Shown: positions 1 through 9,997 of the stretch, piece by piece
Layout of the letters: the number at the start of each line of letters is the position of its first letter
Numbering within the stretch: the first letter of the stretch is position 1
Position numbers and translations under genes: made by a program
Source: Bdellovibrionales bacterium
GTDB taxonomy: Bacteria; Bdellovibrionota; Bdellovibrionia; Bdellovibrionales; JAUICD01
NCBI GenBank assembly: GCA_965262715.1
Contig: OZ253553.1
Location: 544,001 to 608,000 of the forward strand
DNA: 64,000 nt
Direction: 5' to 3'
Notes under the pieces: model-generated
What the model was told of the DNA's origin: nothing
Databases searched by the model: none
The model's input: the letters and a program-made list of their open reading frames with translations, nothing else

Positions 1-370
1 TTAAATTGATAGCTTGTTCTATTAGCTCTAATCTATCATTTTCGTTTTCAAATATATGAGGCATTTTTTCTAAGCCAATAAGATATCCATGATTTCTCAA
101 TGTTTTTTGACAAAATCCATGGAATGTTCCTACAAAAACTCTTTTATCTAAAGTAGATATACCATTTAATCTTTCTTTGACTTCTTCTCCCGCTTTATGG
201 GTAAAGGTAAGAGCAAGTATCTGCTTCTTAGTTTTATCTAATAAAATTCTCACTCGTTCTGTAAGAACTCTTGTCTTTCCACTTCCAGCACTGGCTTTGA
301 CACAAATGGGCTTATCCTCAAGGTTGACAATACTTTTTTGAGTTTCAGATAATTCAATTTTTGCTGACAT
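1..370 (-). CDS. UvrD/Rep-type SF1A helicase (GajB-like); runs off the left edge
   Basis: Manual translation from ATG at 370: MSAKIELSETQKSIVNLEDKPICVKASAGSGKTRVLTERV...ILALTFTHKAGEEVKERL...FVGTFHGFC. This contains the Q motif, Walker A and motifs Ia/Ib. It overlaps the end of the upstream OLD gene by 17 nt. Confidence 0.9.
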   Translation of the reverse strand, partial: MSAKIELSETQKSIVNLEDKPICVKASAGSGKTRVLTERVRILLDKTKKQILALTFTHKAGEEVKERLNGISTLDKRVFVGTFHGFCQKTLRNHGYLIGLEKMPHIFENENDRLELIEQAINL

Positions 371-3300
371 TGGTTTTATCCTTATTATTATAGTAATCTT
401 TTATTTTATTAAACAAATTTTCTATTTTTGGAGGAAGTTTGTTACCTTTTATAATTTCTTTTGCCACTGCCTCTCCCATTCTAATCTTATCATCTTTCAT
501 AATTTCAAGAAGTCGTTCATCATCGTAACTTTCAACTTCTTCTTTTTTTGCAGCTTTATGTTGTTCATTCTTGCAATGAAGTGATAAATAGGCTTTCTTT
601 ATTTGCTCTTGGAAGCCATTAGAAATGAGTTGCTTTTCAAAATCATTACCATCATCCAAAAAAACAACAAACACTTTTGGATCCTTCTTTATTTTAAGTA
701 CCTTGGTTTCAACTTCTCCAACAGTATTTTGATCTGCATCACTAAAGATAAAGCAAGGTATATTTAGAGATTTAGCAAACTTTATAAAAGGAGCATAATT
801 TTTTCCTCCAACTCCTACAAAGTTTAAACCTATATCGGAAGGATGTTTCTGAAAGAACTTTTCTGCAAAGATAGGTAGTGCTCGAGATTCAGTTTTTCCT
901 TCTGAAAAAACAATAAAGTTTGAAAAAATAATCTCTCCGTGAGTATGAGTCACATGAACTTCAATTTTGCTTTCATCTTCAGATGATAATCCTGTTACTT
1001 TTCCGCAGGTTACTTGATTGCTTTTATACAATCCTCTAATTTGCCTTATCTTTGCTTTTGCAGCTACATAGGGAGAGTGGGTTGAAATGATCTTTTGGCC
1101 TTCAATAGAATTTATTTGATGATAAAGCTGTTTTTGAGCGTTTGGATGCAAATGAGCTTCAGGCTCTTCTATTGCAAGAATTGGGAAAAACACATTGTCT
1201 TGCTCTTGGAATTTTTTTGTAAGCGATGAAATAAATGCTTTTAAAGTAAGAAGTGATGACCAACTTCTTGTTCCCATACCATGATATTCCATAGAAAAAC
1301 TATCTGTTTGTTCACCATAATAAATGGATAGCCCTTTATTTAAATCTCTTACCTTTTTTGTAAAAGGTGTGATTTCAACATTGGCTTTGTCGTTACCCAT
1401 AGTTGAGTTAATTTCTCCTAGTACAATCTTGATATGTGACAAAATGGCACTGCTATCAACGGCTTTTTCATTAAGTGATTTGATTTGATCTTCAATATCT
1501 TTGATGTCTTTTTCAGTATATTCTATTTTTGAAATCATTTTCCCAAGATAAGAACTTTTAAGCTTTATGTCTTTAAGAATATCTCTTTGAGCATCGATGT
1601 AAAAGAAAGGTATTTCATCAAAATAAAAGCGGATTTTATCCCCATCATCTTTATCAAACCAATTTGTATTCTTGTCTTTAAATTTTGGCCAGCCGTTTAT
1701 AGAAAATTGTTTTTTTTTAAAACTATTTGTTATTGGATCGAATTTTATTTTTGTTCTAAATGGGAACTGGTTTCTATTGGAATCATCAGGATCAGGTTTA
1801 ATATTTGCTGCTTGAAATACAGATACCCAATCATCTGTGAAGTTCTCACATATATTCCCTTCATCATCAACAGGGACAATAAGAGTATCTATTATAATTT
1901 CCTCTGAAGCAGAGTTTTCTTTTATAAAAAAATCATCCTGAGAGATAAACTGGTGATTGCCAAAAGCCAATTGCAATGCATATAGAATAGAAGACTTACC
2001 AGTATTATTTGCTCCTGTTAAAACAGTGGTTTTTTCTAAATCTATTTCAATATTTTCAAGCCCTCTAAAACCTCTAATACGAATAGTTTTGATTAAAATA
2101 TCCTTTGGTTCTTGCTGCTGTATTTTTTCTTCTTTCTTTTGTTGTTCCTTCTTCTTTTCCTCTTTTTGTTCTTTTGCTTTTTCTGCTTTTATTTCATTGA
2201 AAAGTTTTGCCATATCTTGTTTTACTATATAGTCATATCTTTTTTCAAACTGGGGATAATGATCTTTTGTAATTTTTAAGATATCTGCTATAAAGCCATT
2301 TAACTTATAGAGAGGAAAAATTAATGAAGATAGGGCTTCTTTTGCTTGAAGGATCAGGTCTCTTAATTTGTGACCATGCTGTGTATTGGAAAGAGTGATT
2401 TTATTTGCTAAAAGAAAAGCTATATCCAATGCATATATGGGTAACTTTGAGATAGACCTAAAAGCTTCTTGCTCTTTATTTCTACAAATTTGATAAAATC
2501 CTTTTTCATCAAATGATATGGTTTTTTCTTGAGCTATTTTTCTGAGGGGATCCATAAAAAATTTCTGCTCATAAATTTTTAAAATATGTTTGCCTGTATC
2601 AGGAGTAGGTTTTTTATCTGTTGAAGGTACTTCGAACTCTTTATCTGTTGAAGAAATGAAACCACATTCTTTAAAAAAGCTTACAGTATTTTCAGAATTG
2701 TTCCATATATAAGAAGCTATAAAATCTTTTCTTTCTTTGAGAAGAGCACGCTGTATATTATAGATGAGATATTTTTCATCCCCATCAGAAAGTTGCCAAT
2801 TGCTTTCTGATATTATTTTTGTTATAATATCTATAAAATATTGATCTCCATTAAAGAGTTTATTAAAGAATGCCTTTTTTGTAGGTTCCGATTGGTTGTT
2901 CATATAATCATAATAAGATTGGTTAGTTATTAGATTATTATTTGTATTTGCTATAATCCCTTCAATATATTGATCAGCTAGGCCTCTTAAAAGAATCAAT
3001 CTTGTTACTGAAAGATTATTTTCGACTTGAAGATTGTGAGTAATATATCTTTCGTCTTTATCAGAAAAGGTCTGTGCTAAATGAGTATTGATTTCTTCAG
3101 ATCTGTTTGGTTCTTTGAGATGAATATATTTATTTTGATAGAGTTTGAAAATAAACTCCCCTGAAATAGGCTTTTTATTGGCTATCAGTTTATCAAGTTC
3201 TTTTTTAAGTTGTTGATTATTTTGTAAGCTTCTTGAGTGTGTTATTTGCATTTTTTTACAGATGAGATCTAAAAATTGCTTTTTTCTAACAACATCATCT

Positions 3301-3605
3301 CCTTTTAAAACACTCATTAGTTTTTCAAAAAAAGATTCTTCACTACTTCTATTGTAATAAGGAGGAAAAGGAAGAAACTCCTGACGAACTCTTGGAATAT
3401 CTGAAAAAGGCAAAACCCAATCTATATCTTGGTTGTTAGAAATGCTTAGGTTAGCAATAATAGGCAAAAGCTGATCTTCAAATAAAATATCTTTATGTCC
3501 TTGTCCTTCTTCAAGTGCCTTGAAATATTCAATAAACCTTTGACGTATTTCATCACTGGTTAAATGTTTCATAATTGACCTATTTTGATTAATGCATACT
3601 TTCAC
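354..3605 (-). CDS. OLD-family ATP-dependent nuclease (GajA-like ABC ATPase + TOPRIM) with ~500-aa N-terminal extension
   Basis: IRIRGFRGL start of the ATPase, Walker A GANNTGKS, Walker B AIEEPEAHLHP, STHSP, TOPRIM EGKTE and SDAD. Start may be the ATG at 3572. Confidence 0.85.
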   Translation of the reverse strand: MKVCINQNRSIMKHLTSDEIRQRFIEYFKALEEGQGHKDILFEDQLLPIIANLSISNNQDIDWVLPFSDIPRVRQEFLPFPPYYNRSSEESFFEKLMSVLKGDDVVRKKQFLDLICKKMQITHSRSLQNNQQLKKELDKLIANKKPISGEFIFKLYQNKYIHLKEPNRSEEINTHLAQTFSDKDERYITHNLQVENNLSVTRLILLRGLADQYIEGIIANTNNNLITNQSYYDYMNNQSEPTKKAFFNKLFNGDQYFIDIITKIISESNWQLSDGDEKYLIYNIQRALLKERKDFIASYIWNNSENTVSFFKECGFISSTDKEFEVPSTDKKPTPDTGKHILKIYEQKFFMDPLRKIAQEKTISFDEKGFYQICRNKEQEAFRSISKLPIYALDIAFLLANKITLSNTQHGHKLRDLILQAKEALSSLIFPLYKLNGFIADILKITKDHYPQFEKRYDYIVKQDMAKLFNEIKAEKAKEQKEEKKKEQQKKEEKIQQQEPKDILIKTIRIRGFRGLENIEIDLEKTTVLTGANNTGKSSILYALQLAFGNHQFISQDDFFIKENSASEEIIIDTLIVPVDDEGNICENFTDDWVSVFQAANIKPDPDDSNRNQFPFRTKIKFDPITNSFKKKQFSINGWPKFKDKNTNWFDKDDGDKIRFYFDEIPFFYIDAQRDILKDIKLKSSYLGKMISKIEYTEKDIKDIEDQIKSLNEKAVDSSAILSHIKIVLGEINSTMGNDKANVEITPFTKKVRDLNKGLSIYYGEQTDSFSMEYHGMGTRSWSSLLTLKAFISSLTKKFQEQDNVFFPILAIEEPEAHLHPNAQKQLYHQINSIEGQKIISTHSPYVAAKAKIRQIRGLYKSNQVTCGKVTGLSSEDESKIEVHVTHTHGEIIFSNFIVFSEGKTESRALPIFAEKFFQKHPSDIGLNFVGVGGKNYAPFIKFAKSLNIPCFIFSDADQNTVGEVETKVLKIKKDPKVFVVFLDDGNDFEKQLISNGFQEQIKKAYLSLHCKNEQHKAAKKEEVESYDDERLLEIMKDDKIRMGEAVAKEIIKGNKLPPKIENLFNKIKDYYNNKDKTNVSKN

Positions 3606-3686
3606 TATAAAGTGCTTAACTACTTATAAAGTTTATCAAATTTCTTACTGGTTGTCATTTATTGATTATAGATATAAAAAAGAAAC

Positions 3687-4136
3687 ATGTATGCTGTGAT
3701 AAAGTTTTTAGCAACAGGTTGTTATATAGGCTTGATTCCAAAAGCCCCAGGCACTTTTGGGACTTTACTTGGTATTCCGCTTTCTTATCTTTTTTTATTG
3801 TTAGGAGAATATGGCTATTACATAGCTACTTTATTGTTTATATCTTTATCTATTGTTATTGCTGAACTTTATGATAGAACTTTAAAAGAGCATGATCATC
3901 AAACAATTGTTATTGATGAAGTAGCAGGTTATCTAGTTGCCTTTGCAGCACTGCCGTTTCAGGTGTTTTGGGTAGTGCTTGCGTTTTTGCTTTTTAGGTT
4001 TTTTGATGTTCTTAAGCCATTTCCTATCAATCGTCTTGATCGTATGAAAGGTGGTTTAGGGATTGTTTTAGATGACCTAGGCGCTGGACTTATTACAAAT
4101 GTTATTTTACAAATTTTATTTTGGCAGATAGGTTAA
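3687..4136 (+). CDS. pgpA: Phosphatidylglycerophosphatase A
   Basis: APGTFGT, IVIDEVAG, FRFFDVLKPFPI and GIVLDD motifs. Confidence 0.93.
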   Translation: MYAVIKFLATGCYIGLIPKAPGTFGTLLGIPLSYLFLLLGEYGYYIATLLFISLSIVIAELYDRTLKEHDHQTIVIDEVAGYLVAFAALPFQVFWVVLAFLLFRFFDVLKPFPINRLDRMKGGLGIVLDDLGAGLITNVILQILFWQIG

Positions 4137-4138
4137 AG

Positions 4139-4612
4139 ATGATAGAAATAGAAGTTTTTAATCTCTTAAAAAAAAATAAATGGACTGTAAGCTTTGCTGA
4201 AAGCTGTACAGGTGGGATGCTATCATCTCACTTTACATCTGTTCCAGGTGTATCAAGTGTCTTTAAGGGAGCTATTGTCAGTTATTCTAATGAAATAAAA
4301 ATCAAGCATCTACATGTGGAATCCAGCCTCTTAAAATCAAAAGGGCCATTCAATCAGGAAACAGCCCTTCAAATGGCCAAAGGCGTACGGCTTCAGATGG
4401 ATACAGATTGGTCTTTGGCCACAACAGGGATAGCAAGTGCTATACCTGGTCATGAAAAAGACACTGGTAAAGTGTATTTTGCTGTTGTAGGACTAGAAAA
4501 CTTTCAGACAATGGTTTGTGAAACTTTTTCTGGTGACAGAGATGATATCCGACATCAAGCGGTGTTGAAGGCCTTACTTCTTTTTAAGGAGAGCTTGATA
4601 AAGTTGATATAG
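4139..4612 (+). CDS. cinA: CinA C-terminal domain protein (NMN deamidase/PncC-like)
   Basis: AESCTGG, YSNEIK and TTGIA motifs; lies in the usual pgpA-cinA-recA context. Confidence 0.88.
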   Translation: MIEIEVFNLLKKNKWTVSFAESCTGGMLSSHFTSVPGVSSVFKGAIVSYSNEIKIKHLHVESSLLKSKGPFNQETALQMAKGVRLQMDTDWSLATTGIASAIPGHEKDTGKVYFAVVGLENFQTMVCETFSGDRDDIRHQAVLKALLLFKESLIKLI

Positions 4613-4648
4613 GATATTTATTGAACATTAAATAATGTGTTCTTTTTT

Positions 4649-4722
4649 CTGGGAACTGGCAGTCTGGCAAACCGGCAGCAGGTCCCGGGAACTGCCTGCC
4701 AGATTGCCGGAATCCCAGATTG
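4649..4722. repeat. GC-rich CCGG/CTGGC intergenic palindromic repeat (family G)
   Basis: Built of ~9-nt units such as ctggcagtc and ccggcaatc. Related copies at about 11105-11245, 11985-12065, 14171-14210, 14292-14333, 18764-18845, 19245-19290, 30310-30355, 33023-33060, 40626-40700, 46110-46176 and 48835-48890. Confidence 0.7.
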
Positions 4723-4817
4723 CTAAGTTTTGGAATAAAGAAGGCTTAAGTAGTTATAAGCTATAAAATATGCTTATACATAAGTCATTTTATTTTTTAA
4801 AATAAGAGGAATTTTAA

Positions 4818-4845
4818 TTGACATAAGATGGAGATTGGCTATAAG
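4818..4845 (+). promoter_or_regulatory. Putative sigma70 promoter of recA
   Basis: TTGACA-N16-TATAAG upstream of recA. Confidence 0.45.
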
Positions 4846-4958
4846 TATTAGCGTGTTTTGAGAGCTTCTTTAAATAAAATGGGTTTATGTCACTTTCTAT
4901 TGCTTAAGGTCACAGTGTAGGGTTGAGATGAGCTCATAACAAGGTAAGGAGATAAGTT

Positions 4959-6059
4959 ATGCAAAAAGTTAATAATACAGCAAGTCAAACAAGTCAGGAG
5001 AAGAGAAAGGCATTGGACCTTGCTATTGCTTCTATTGAAAAGCAATTTGGTAAAGGTTCAATTATGAAATTAGGAGGTGGTAAGAGCCTTTATGAGAATA
5101 TCCCTGTTATTCCCACAGGCTCATTATCACTTGATATTGCTCTTGGAATAGGTGGTATCCCAAGAGGTCGAATTGTAGAAATTTATGGACCTGAAAGCTC
5201 AGGTAAGACAACTCTAGCTTTATCGATGATTGCAGAGGCTCAACAGCTGGGAGGTACAGCTGCTTTTGTGGATGCGGAGCATGCGCTTGATATAACTTAT
5301 GCTAAAAAATTGGGTGTTCAAACATCTGATATACTCATTTCCCAGCCAGATACAGGAGAACAGGGGTTAGATATTACAGAGACACTTGTGAGGTCTGGAG
5401 CGATTGATGTTTTGGTGGTTGATTCTGTAGCTGCGCTCACTCCAAAGGCAGAGATTGAAGGTGATATGGGTGATCACCACATGGGACTTCAAGCAAGATT
5501 AATGTCACAGGCACTTAGAAAGCTGACAGCTGTGATCAGTAGATCTCATACAACTGTTATTTTCATCAATCAAATACGAATGAAGATTGGTATGGTTTTT
5601 GGCAATCCAGAGACCACAACTGGAGGTAATGCTCTTAAGTTTTACTCTTCTGTGCGGTTAGATGTGCGTAGAATAGGAGCTATCAAAAATGGTGATGAGG
5701 CCACTGGTAATCGAACATCTGTGAAGATTGTTAAAAATAAACTTGCTCCTCCATTTGCTCGCGTAGAATTTGATCTTATGTATGGTATAGGTATTTCAAA
5801 AGAGGGAGAGGTGGTAGACATGGCGGCTAACAAGGATATTATTGAAAAATCTGGAGCTTGGTACAGCTACAAAAAAGAGAGGATTGGTCAAGGTCGGGAA
5901 AATGCTAAAAAATATTTAAAAGAACATCCTAATGTAATGAATGAGATATGCCAGAAGCTTTTTGAACTTCAAGGTATTACAAGGTCGTTTAGAACGACGA
6001 CGGCTGAGAAAAAAGAGATGAATGGAAAAGCTTCTACAAAACAAGTTCAAGCCCATTAG
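4959..6059 (+). CDS. recA: Recombinase A
   Basis: [15 protein letters not shown] and [11 protein letters not shown]...[15 protein letters not shown]. Confidence 0.99.
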   Translation: MQKVNNTASQTSQEKRKALDLAIASIEKQFGKGSIMKLGGGKSLYENIPVIPTGSLSLDIALGIGGIPRGRIVEIYGPESSGKTTLALSMIAEAQQLGGTAAFVDAEHALDITYAKKLGVQTSDILISQPDTGEQGLDITETLVRSGAIDVLVVDSVAALTPKAEIEGDMGDHHMGLQARLMSQALRKLTAVISRSHTTVIFINQIRMKIGMVFGNPETTTGGNALKFYSSVRLDVRRIGAIKNGDEATGNRTSVKIVKNKLAPPFARVEFDLMYGIGISKEGEVVDMAANKDIIEKSGAWYSYKKERIGQGRENAKKYLKEHPNVMNEICQKLFELQGITRSFRTTTAEKKEMNGKASTKQVQAH

Positions 6060-6142
6060 CTTTTACTTAAGATTGATTTTAGTAGAAATATTTTTCCTTA
6101 ACGCTAATAAAAAATGAAAAGATATTACTTTCTAACAATACC

Positions 6143-6253
6143 TCAAGCTTTCTAAGCAGCAAGCTACTCTCCGATGGTGTTATAACCATCGGGCTTGCTG
6201 CCAGAAGGTGGCCGGAGGCTTGCCTCGAGAGGCTTGCCTCAAGAGGCCAGATG
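6143..6253 (+). repeat. Dispersed copy of structured element family D (same family as the 257-bp array)
   Basis: ctttcta-gcagcaagc...gcttgctgc-cagaagg stem, ccgatggt/accatcgg apical stem, two AGGCTTGCCTCRAG modules, ending aggccagatg. Confidence 0.75.
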
Positions 6254-6484
6254 TTGGCTGTGCTGGTAGTCTGACTTTGCTCGATTGCCAGATTAAAATA
6301 AAGACTTAATCAAATGTAGCTTGTAATTTCAATATCTTATATCGAAACAGCAACGGCCTGTAGCCATGAACCAATCTCTTACTTAAATCCATCTCATAAC
6401 TTCTAGTTTAAGGTAGGCTTGCCACAACTAGATTAGAGGCTTTCCACATACATACAAATATTTGTGCAATAAGGTCATTTGAAT

Positions 6485-7216
6485 TTAGTGTTTTGTTGGA
6501 GGGTCTTCATTAACAATCAATCGGAATTTTCTTGATTTATTTTCTTGGAGAGGTCTTCTTCTTTTTAATCTTTGATATTTTGTCCACACTACAAGAAAAA
6601 TCCAACCAGAAGCGATACCTCCTAGGTGCGCTAGGTAAGAAATCCTAGAGTCTATCCCTTCTTGAAGCATACTTACAAATTGAATAGTGCCTAAAATAAT
6701 CACTATCCACTTTACTTTCATAGGAAAGAAGAACATAAACAGAACTATTCTATCGCCAAATAAAATAGCAAAAGCTAACATGAGTCCGTAAATAGCTCCA
6801 GAGGCACCTATTAAAACAGCATGATTTATAGGACCAATAAATATGCTATATAGAGCATTAAAGGCAAGAAAGATCAGTCCAGCACCAGTTCCACAAGCCA
6901 AATAGTAGGTTAGGAAGAAGCGAGATCCCCAACGAAATTCTAACTCTGCGCCTAACCACCACAAAAGAAGCATATTGAAGAAAATGTGGAAGGCACTTTG
7001 AGAATGTAGAAACATATAAGTTATGGGTTCCCAGATAAAAAAGGAATTAAAAAAATGATTGACAGAAAGACCTAAGACCGAAGTGAAGAAGGGAGTTCGT
7101 AGAATAAGGTTATCTATAATCACTTGAAGAAAAAGCCATATGACCACATTAACAATCACTAACTTTTTAACTACACCAGAAAAAGGGATATGTAGATGAT
7201 TTGTTCTATAATACAT
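6485..7216 (-). CDS. Rhomboid-family intramembrane serine protease
   Basis: TYMFLH, HIFFNM, GASG and AHLGG. Confidence 0.93.
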   Translation of the reverse strand: MYYRTNHLHIPFSGVVKKLVIVNVVIWLFLQVIIDNLILRTPFFTSVLGLSVNHFFNSFFIWEPITYMFLHSQSAFHIFFNMLLLWWLGAELEFRWGSRFFLTYYLACGTGAGLIFLAFNALYSIFIGPINHAVLIGASGAIYGLMLAFAILFGDRIVLFMFFFPMKVKWIVIILGTIQFVSMLQEGIDSRISYLAHLGGIASGWIFLVVWTKYQRLKRRRPLQENKSRKFRLIVNEDPPTKH

Positions 7217-7217
7217 T

Positions 7218-7691
7218 TTAGTTATCTTCTTTTAATTTTTCACTAAATTCTATAAGAACGCCATTTGCTGCACTTGGATGTACAAAAGCTATTTTACAAT
7301 TTTTAGCTCCCAACTGTGGAGTTGTATTTATTAGCTTAATACCATCTGCTTGCATTTTCTTTAAGGTTTCTTCTAAGTCTTTCACACGTAAACAAATATG
7401 GTGCAGGCCAGGCCCTCGCTTTTCTAAAAACTTATGAATTACGCTTGTAGAATCTATAGGTTCTAAAAGTTCAATATCCACCTGGTTGTTTAAAGCAAAA
7501 CAAGCCACCTTTACTTTTTCTGAGTGGATAGTCTCGAAGGAAGGCTTTAATCCTAGAGCCTCATAAAAAGAGAGAGCTTGTTGAATAGATCTAACGGCAA
7601 TACCAATATGGTCCACTTCTATAGAGTTGGTGTTAAGAGTTTTTTTTAAATTATTATTTTCTAAATTGGATTGGGTTTCAGATGATCGCAA
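7218..7691 (-). CDS. mce: Methylmalonyl-CoA epimerase (VOC fold)
   Basis: DHIGIAV, IELLEP, GPGLHHICLRV and GVLIEF. Confidence 0.88.
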   Translation of the reverse strand: MRSSETQSNLENNNLKKTLNTNSIEVDHIGIAVRSIQQALSFYEALGLKPSFETIHSEKVKVACFALNNQVDIELLEPIDSTSVIHKFLEKRGPGLHHICLRVKDLEETLKKMQADGIKLINTTPQLGAKNCKIAFVHPSAANGVLIEFSEKLKEDN

Positions 7692-7863
7692 TGGTTATTT
7701 TCCTTTATCTTTTTATTTCATTCCTCATATCTCTATCAGCGTTGGTTTGGTTTTTATCTATGACAGAGAGGTTTAGAAAAGATTTATTAGAACTCACCTC
7801 AAAATTACTTTTAATGTCCACGTTTTCAAAACAACCTCTTAATTTAAGTACCGTATAAAAGAA

Positions 7864-8027
7864 CTGTTTCACTCAAAATGGACCCTTCCGGCTTTCCGTA
7901 GAGCCACTATCATGGCTCTCGTCAAGTCTGTTCATTTTGAGTAAGAAGCCATCTTTAGTTATATTATGTTTTGTATTTTGCAATTTCGTATTATTTACTG
8001 TTATCATGTATTTTTGAGATGGCTTCT
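7864..8027. repeat. Composite repeat: degenerate family D element (7864-7944) abutting an ~85-bp inverted-repeat mini-element (7944-8027)
   Basis: actcaaaatggac...gttcattttgagt followed by agaagccatct...agatggcttct. The same junction appears inverted at 14343-14445. One arm recurs at about 34605-34640. Confidence 0.6.
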
Positions 8028-8034
8028 AAAAAGT

Positions 8035-8214
8035 TTATTTAATTTCTTTATGGAGTGTGTGTTTTTTTAGAAATGGGTTGTATTTTTTCTTTTCCAATCG
8101 TTCAGGATGGGTCTGTGTGTTCTTTTTAGTTGTGTAACGAGATGGAGAGGCACCTAGTTTCCTAGCTTCTGTACATTCTAAAGTAATAATTTTAACTTTT
8201 CCTTTTTTGGCCAT
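8035..8214 (-). CDS. rpmG: 50S ribosomal protein L33 (missed by the ORF track)
   Basis: Manual translation: [59 protein letters not shown] (59 aa). Confidence 0.96.
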   Translation of the reverse strand: MAKKGKVKIITLECTEARKLGASPSRYTTKKNTQTHPERLEKKKYNPFLKKHTLHKEIK

Positions 8215-8386
8215 TATTAAGTCCTTTCATTTGATTTTTTTATTATGACTAAACCTGTCTTTCATCCATAAAAGATATCTCATTTTTTACTGCTAAAGTC
8301 CACTTTTATAATAAAGGGTCATAAAAAGTATCATTCTAATAGCTGATATATAAAGAGTTCAAAGTATTTGGACGATGTAGATCATT

Positions 8387-9958
8387 ATGAGTCACTTTTC
8401 AAAATACAGTCTCTTTATGATACCTTTTTTTATTGTTTTCATTACAGGTTGTCAACAAGGACAAATAGACCCTGAATATCCGTTTAACGATCTAAAGATG
8501 ACGACTAATTATATTCATATTAATTTAGATCGAGAATCATCAGAATCTTGTTTAACAGACTCTAGTATGGATGCTTGTATTTTTTGGAAGAACCCTGTAG
8601 AGCAAAACCAAGGTCCTCTCTCTGACCACTTAGATATAACAGATGTGTTGCAAAGTTTACAAACTTATGGTGTTGATATCAATGATAGCTTAGTTTCAAG
8701 TACAAGCTCATATACAGGCCAATTTCAACAGCCTTTCAGAGGAGAAGAGTACAATCAAGAGTCTAATTTTCAAGATGATAACTCTATCATAGAGCTTGAA
8801 GAGATTCCAGTCTCAGGTCAAAATTCTATTATCATAGGATTGCAAGCTCATGGAATTTCAATATTGACAGGTTCTTCCCAATTTCCAACAAGGCAGAGGA
8901 ATTTTGTTGATAACAGTTCACGCAGACTTTATAGAAATGTTCTTCAATCAAATGAAAGTGGGGTTTTTCTTCAAAATCACAGTTACGATGTAAGTATAGA
9001 TTATAAAGGAGTTGAAAGAGTAACTCGTCGAGATGATGGTAGTTGGAGATTCGAATATGGAGATTCTGATCATTCTATTGTTCAGGTGATGACATATTAT
9101 TATTTGATGCATCAGGCAGATTGGATGCAGGAAAATGCAGGAGGATGGTATGCTCTTAATAAAAATATTAATGTGATAGCACTAGATGAAGATGTTAAAA
9201 ACAATGCTCATTGGAATCCTCTAGAAAACACAATTAGTTTAGGATTTATTTGCGACTCTAATTTACCATTTCAAATATTAAGGGATGTGACCTGTGACTT
9301 TAAAATGGAAATAGGACTGAGTGCTGAAATCACACTTCATGAGGCAGGTCATGCTAACTTTTACCACTCCAAAGCAAATAATCAGGTCATTACATCTGAA
9401 GAATTTTGCAGGTCACATACAAATTGTGAAGGAACATCTATATGTCAAGATACAGATGAAAGTAAAAAGTCCGTATGTTGTAATGATGCAAGAGGTTGCT
9501 ATTTTGCTATTGATGAAGGGCTAGCTGATTTTCAATCGTCAGTTATTTTTTCAGAATCTCCTCAAATAGGAGAGGCTATCGTAAATGATATTGATGGATT
9601 GAAGTGTCCATCAGACTTGAGTATTCATAGAAATCCAGAGGTTAATATTGATAAGACGGCTGATCAGATATTTTATCAATGCGATCAAGAAGCGTCTGGT
9701 AAAGCTCACAATATGGGAATGTTGTATTCCAGTATATGGTGGTCTCTTTATACAGACTCATCAGTTAACCAACAAGAAATTATGAATCTCTTTACAAACC
9801 ATCTTCCACTTATCACTTCAGATGATAACTTTGAGACAGTTGGTCATAGACTCTTAAATCTTGATCAGTTGTTTTATACAGGCAAATATTCGAATATAAT
9901 AACAAGTGAATTTCAAAAAAGAGGATTGACTCCTCAAGCTGTTGTAGAGAACCTTTAA
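8387..9958 (+). CDS. Lipoprotein gluzincin metallopeptidase (M4/M36-like)
   Basis: Lipobox ITGC, NNAHW, HEAGH zinc motif, downstream DEGLAD and AHNMG; Cys-rich insert. Confidence 0.72.
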   Translation: MSHFSKYSLFMIPFFIVFITGCQQGQIDPEYPFNDLKMTTNYIHINLDRESSESCLTDSSMDACIFWKNPVEQNQGPLSDHLDITDVLQSLQTYGVDINDSLVSSTSSYTGQFQQPFRGEEYNQESNFQDDNSIIELEEIPVSGQNSIIIGLQAHGISILTGSSQFPTRQRNFVDNSSRRLYRNVLQSNESGVFLQNHSYDVSIDYKGVERVTRRDDGSWRFEYGDSDHSIVQVMTYYYLMHQADWMQENAGGWYALNKNINVIALDEDVKNNAHWNPLENTISLGFICDSNLPFQILRDVTCDFKMEIGLSAEITLHEAGHANFYHSKANNQVITSEEFCRSHTNCEGTSICQDTDESKKSVCCNDARGCYFAIDEGLADFQSSVIFSESPQIGEAIVNDIDGLKCPSDLSIHRNPEVNIDKTADQIFYQCDQEASGKAHNMGMLYSSIWWSLYTDSSVNQQEIMNLFTNHLPLITSDDNFETVGHRLLNLDQLFYTGKYSNIITSEFQKRGLTPQAVVENL

Positions 9959-9997
9959 ATTAAAGTAGGCCGTATTGCGGTGCTAAACCAGACGCAA

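Noticed and set aside
3490..3572. N-terminus MKHLTSDEIRQRFIEYF resembles the start of alanyl-tRNA synthetase
   Set aside because: Similarity ends after ~20 aa; the following AlaRS motifs (LLFTNAGM) are absent.
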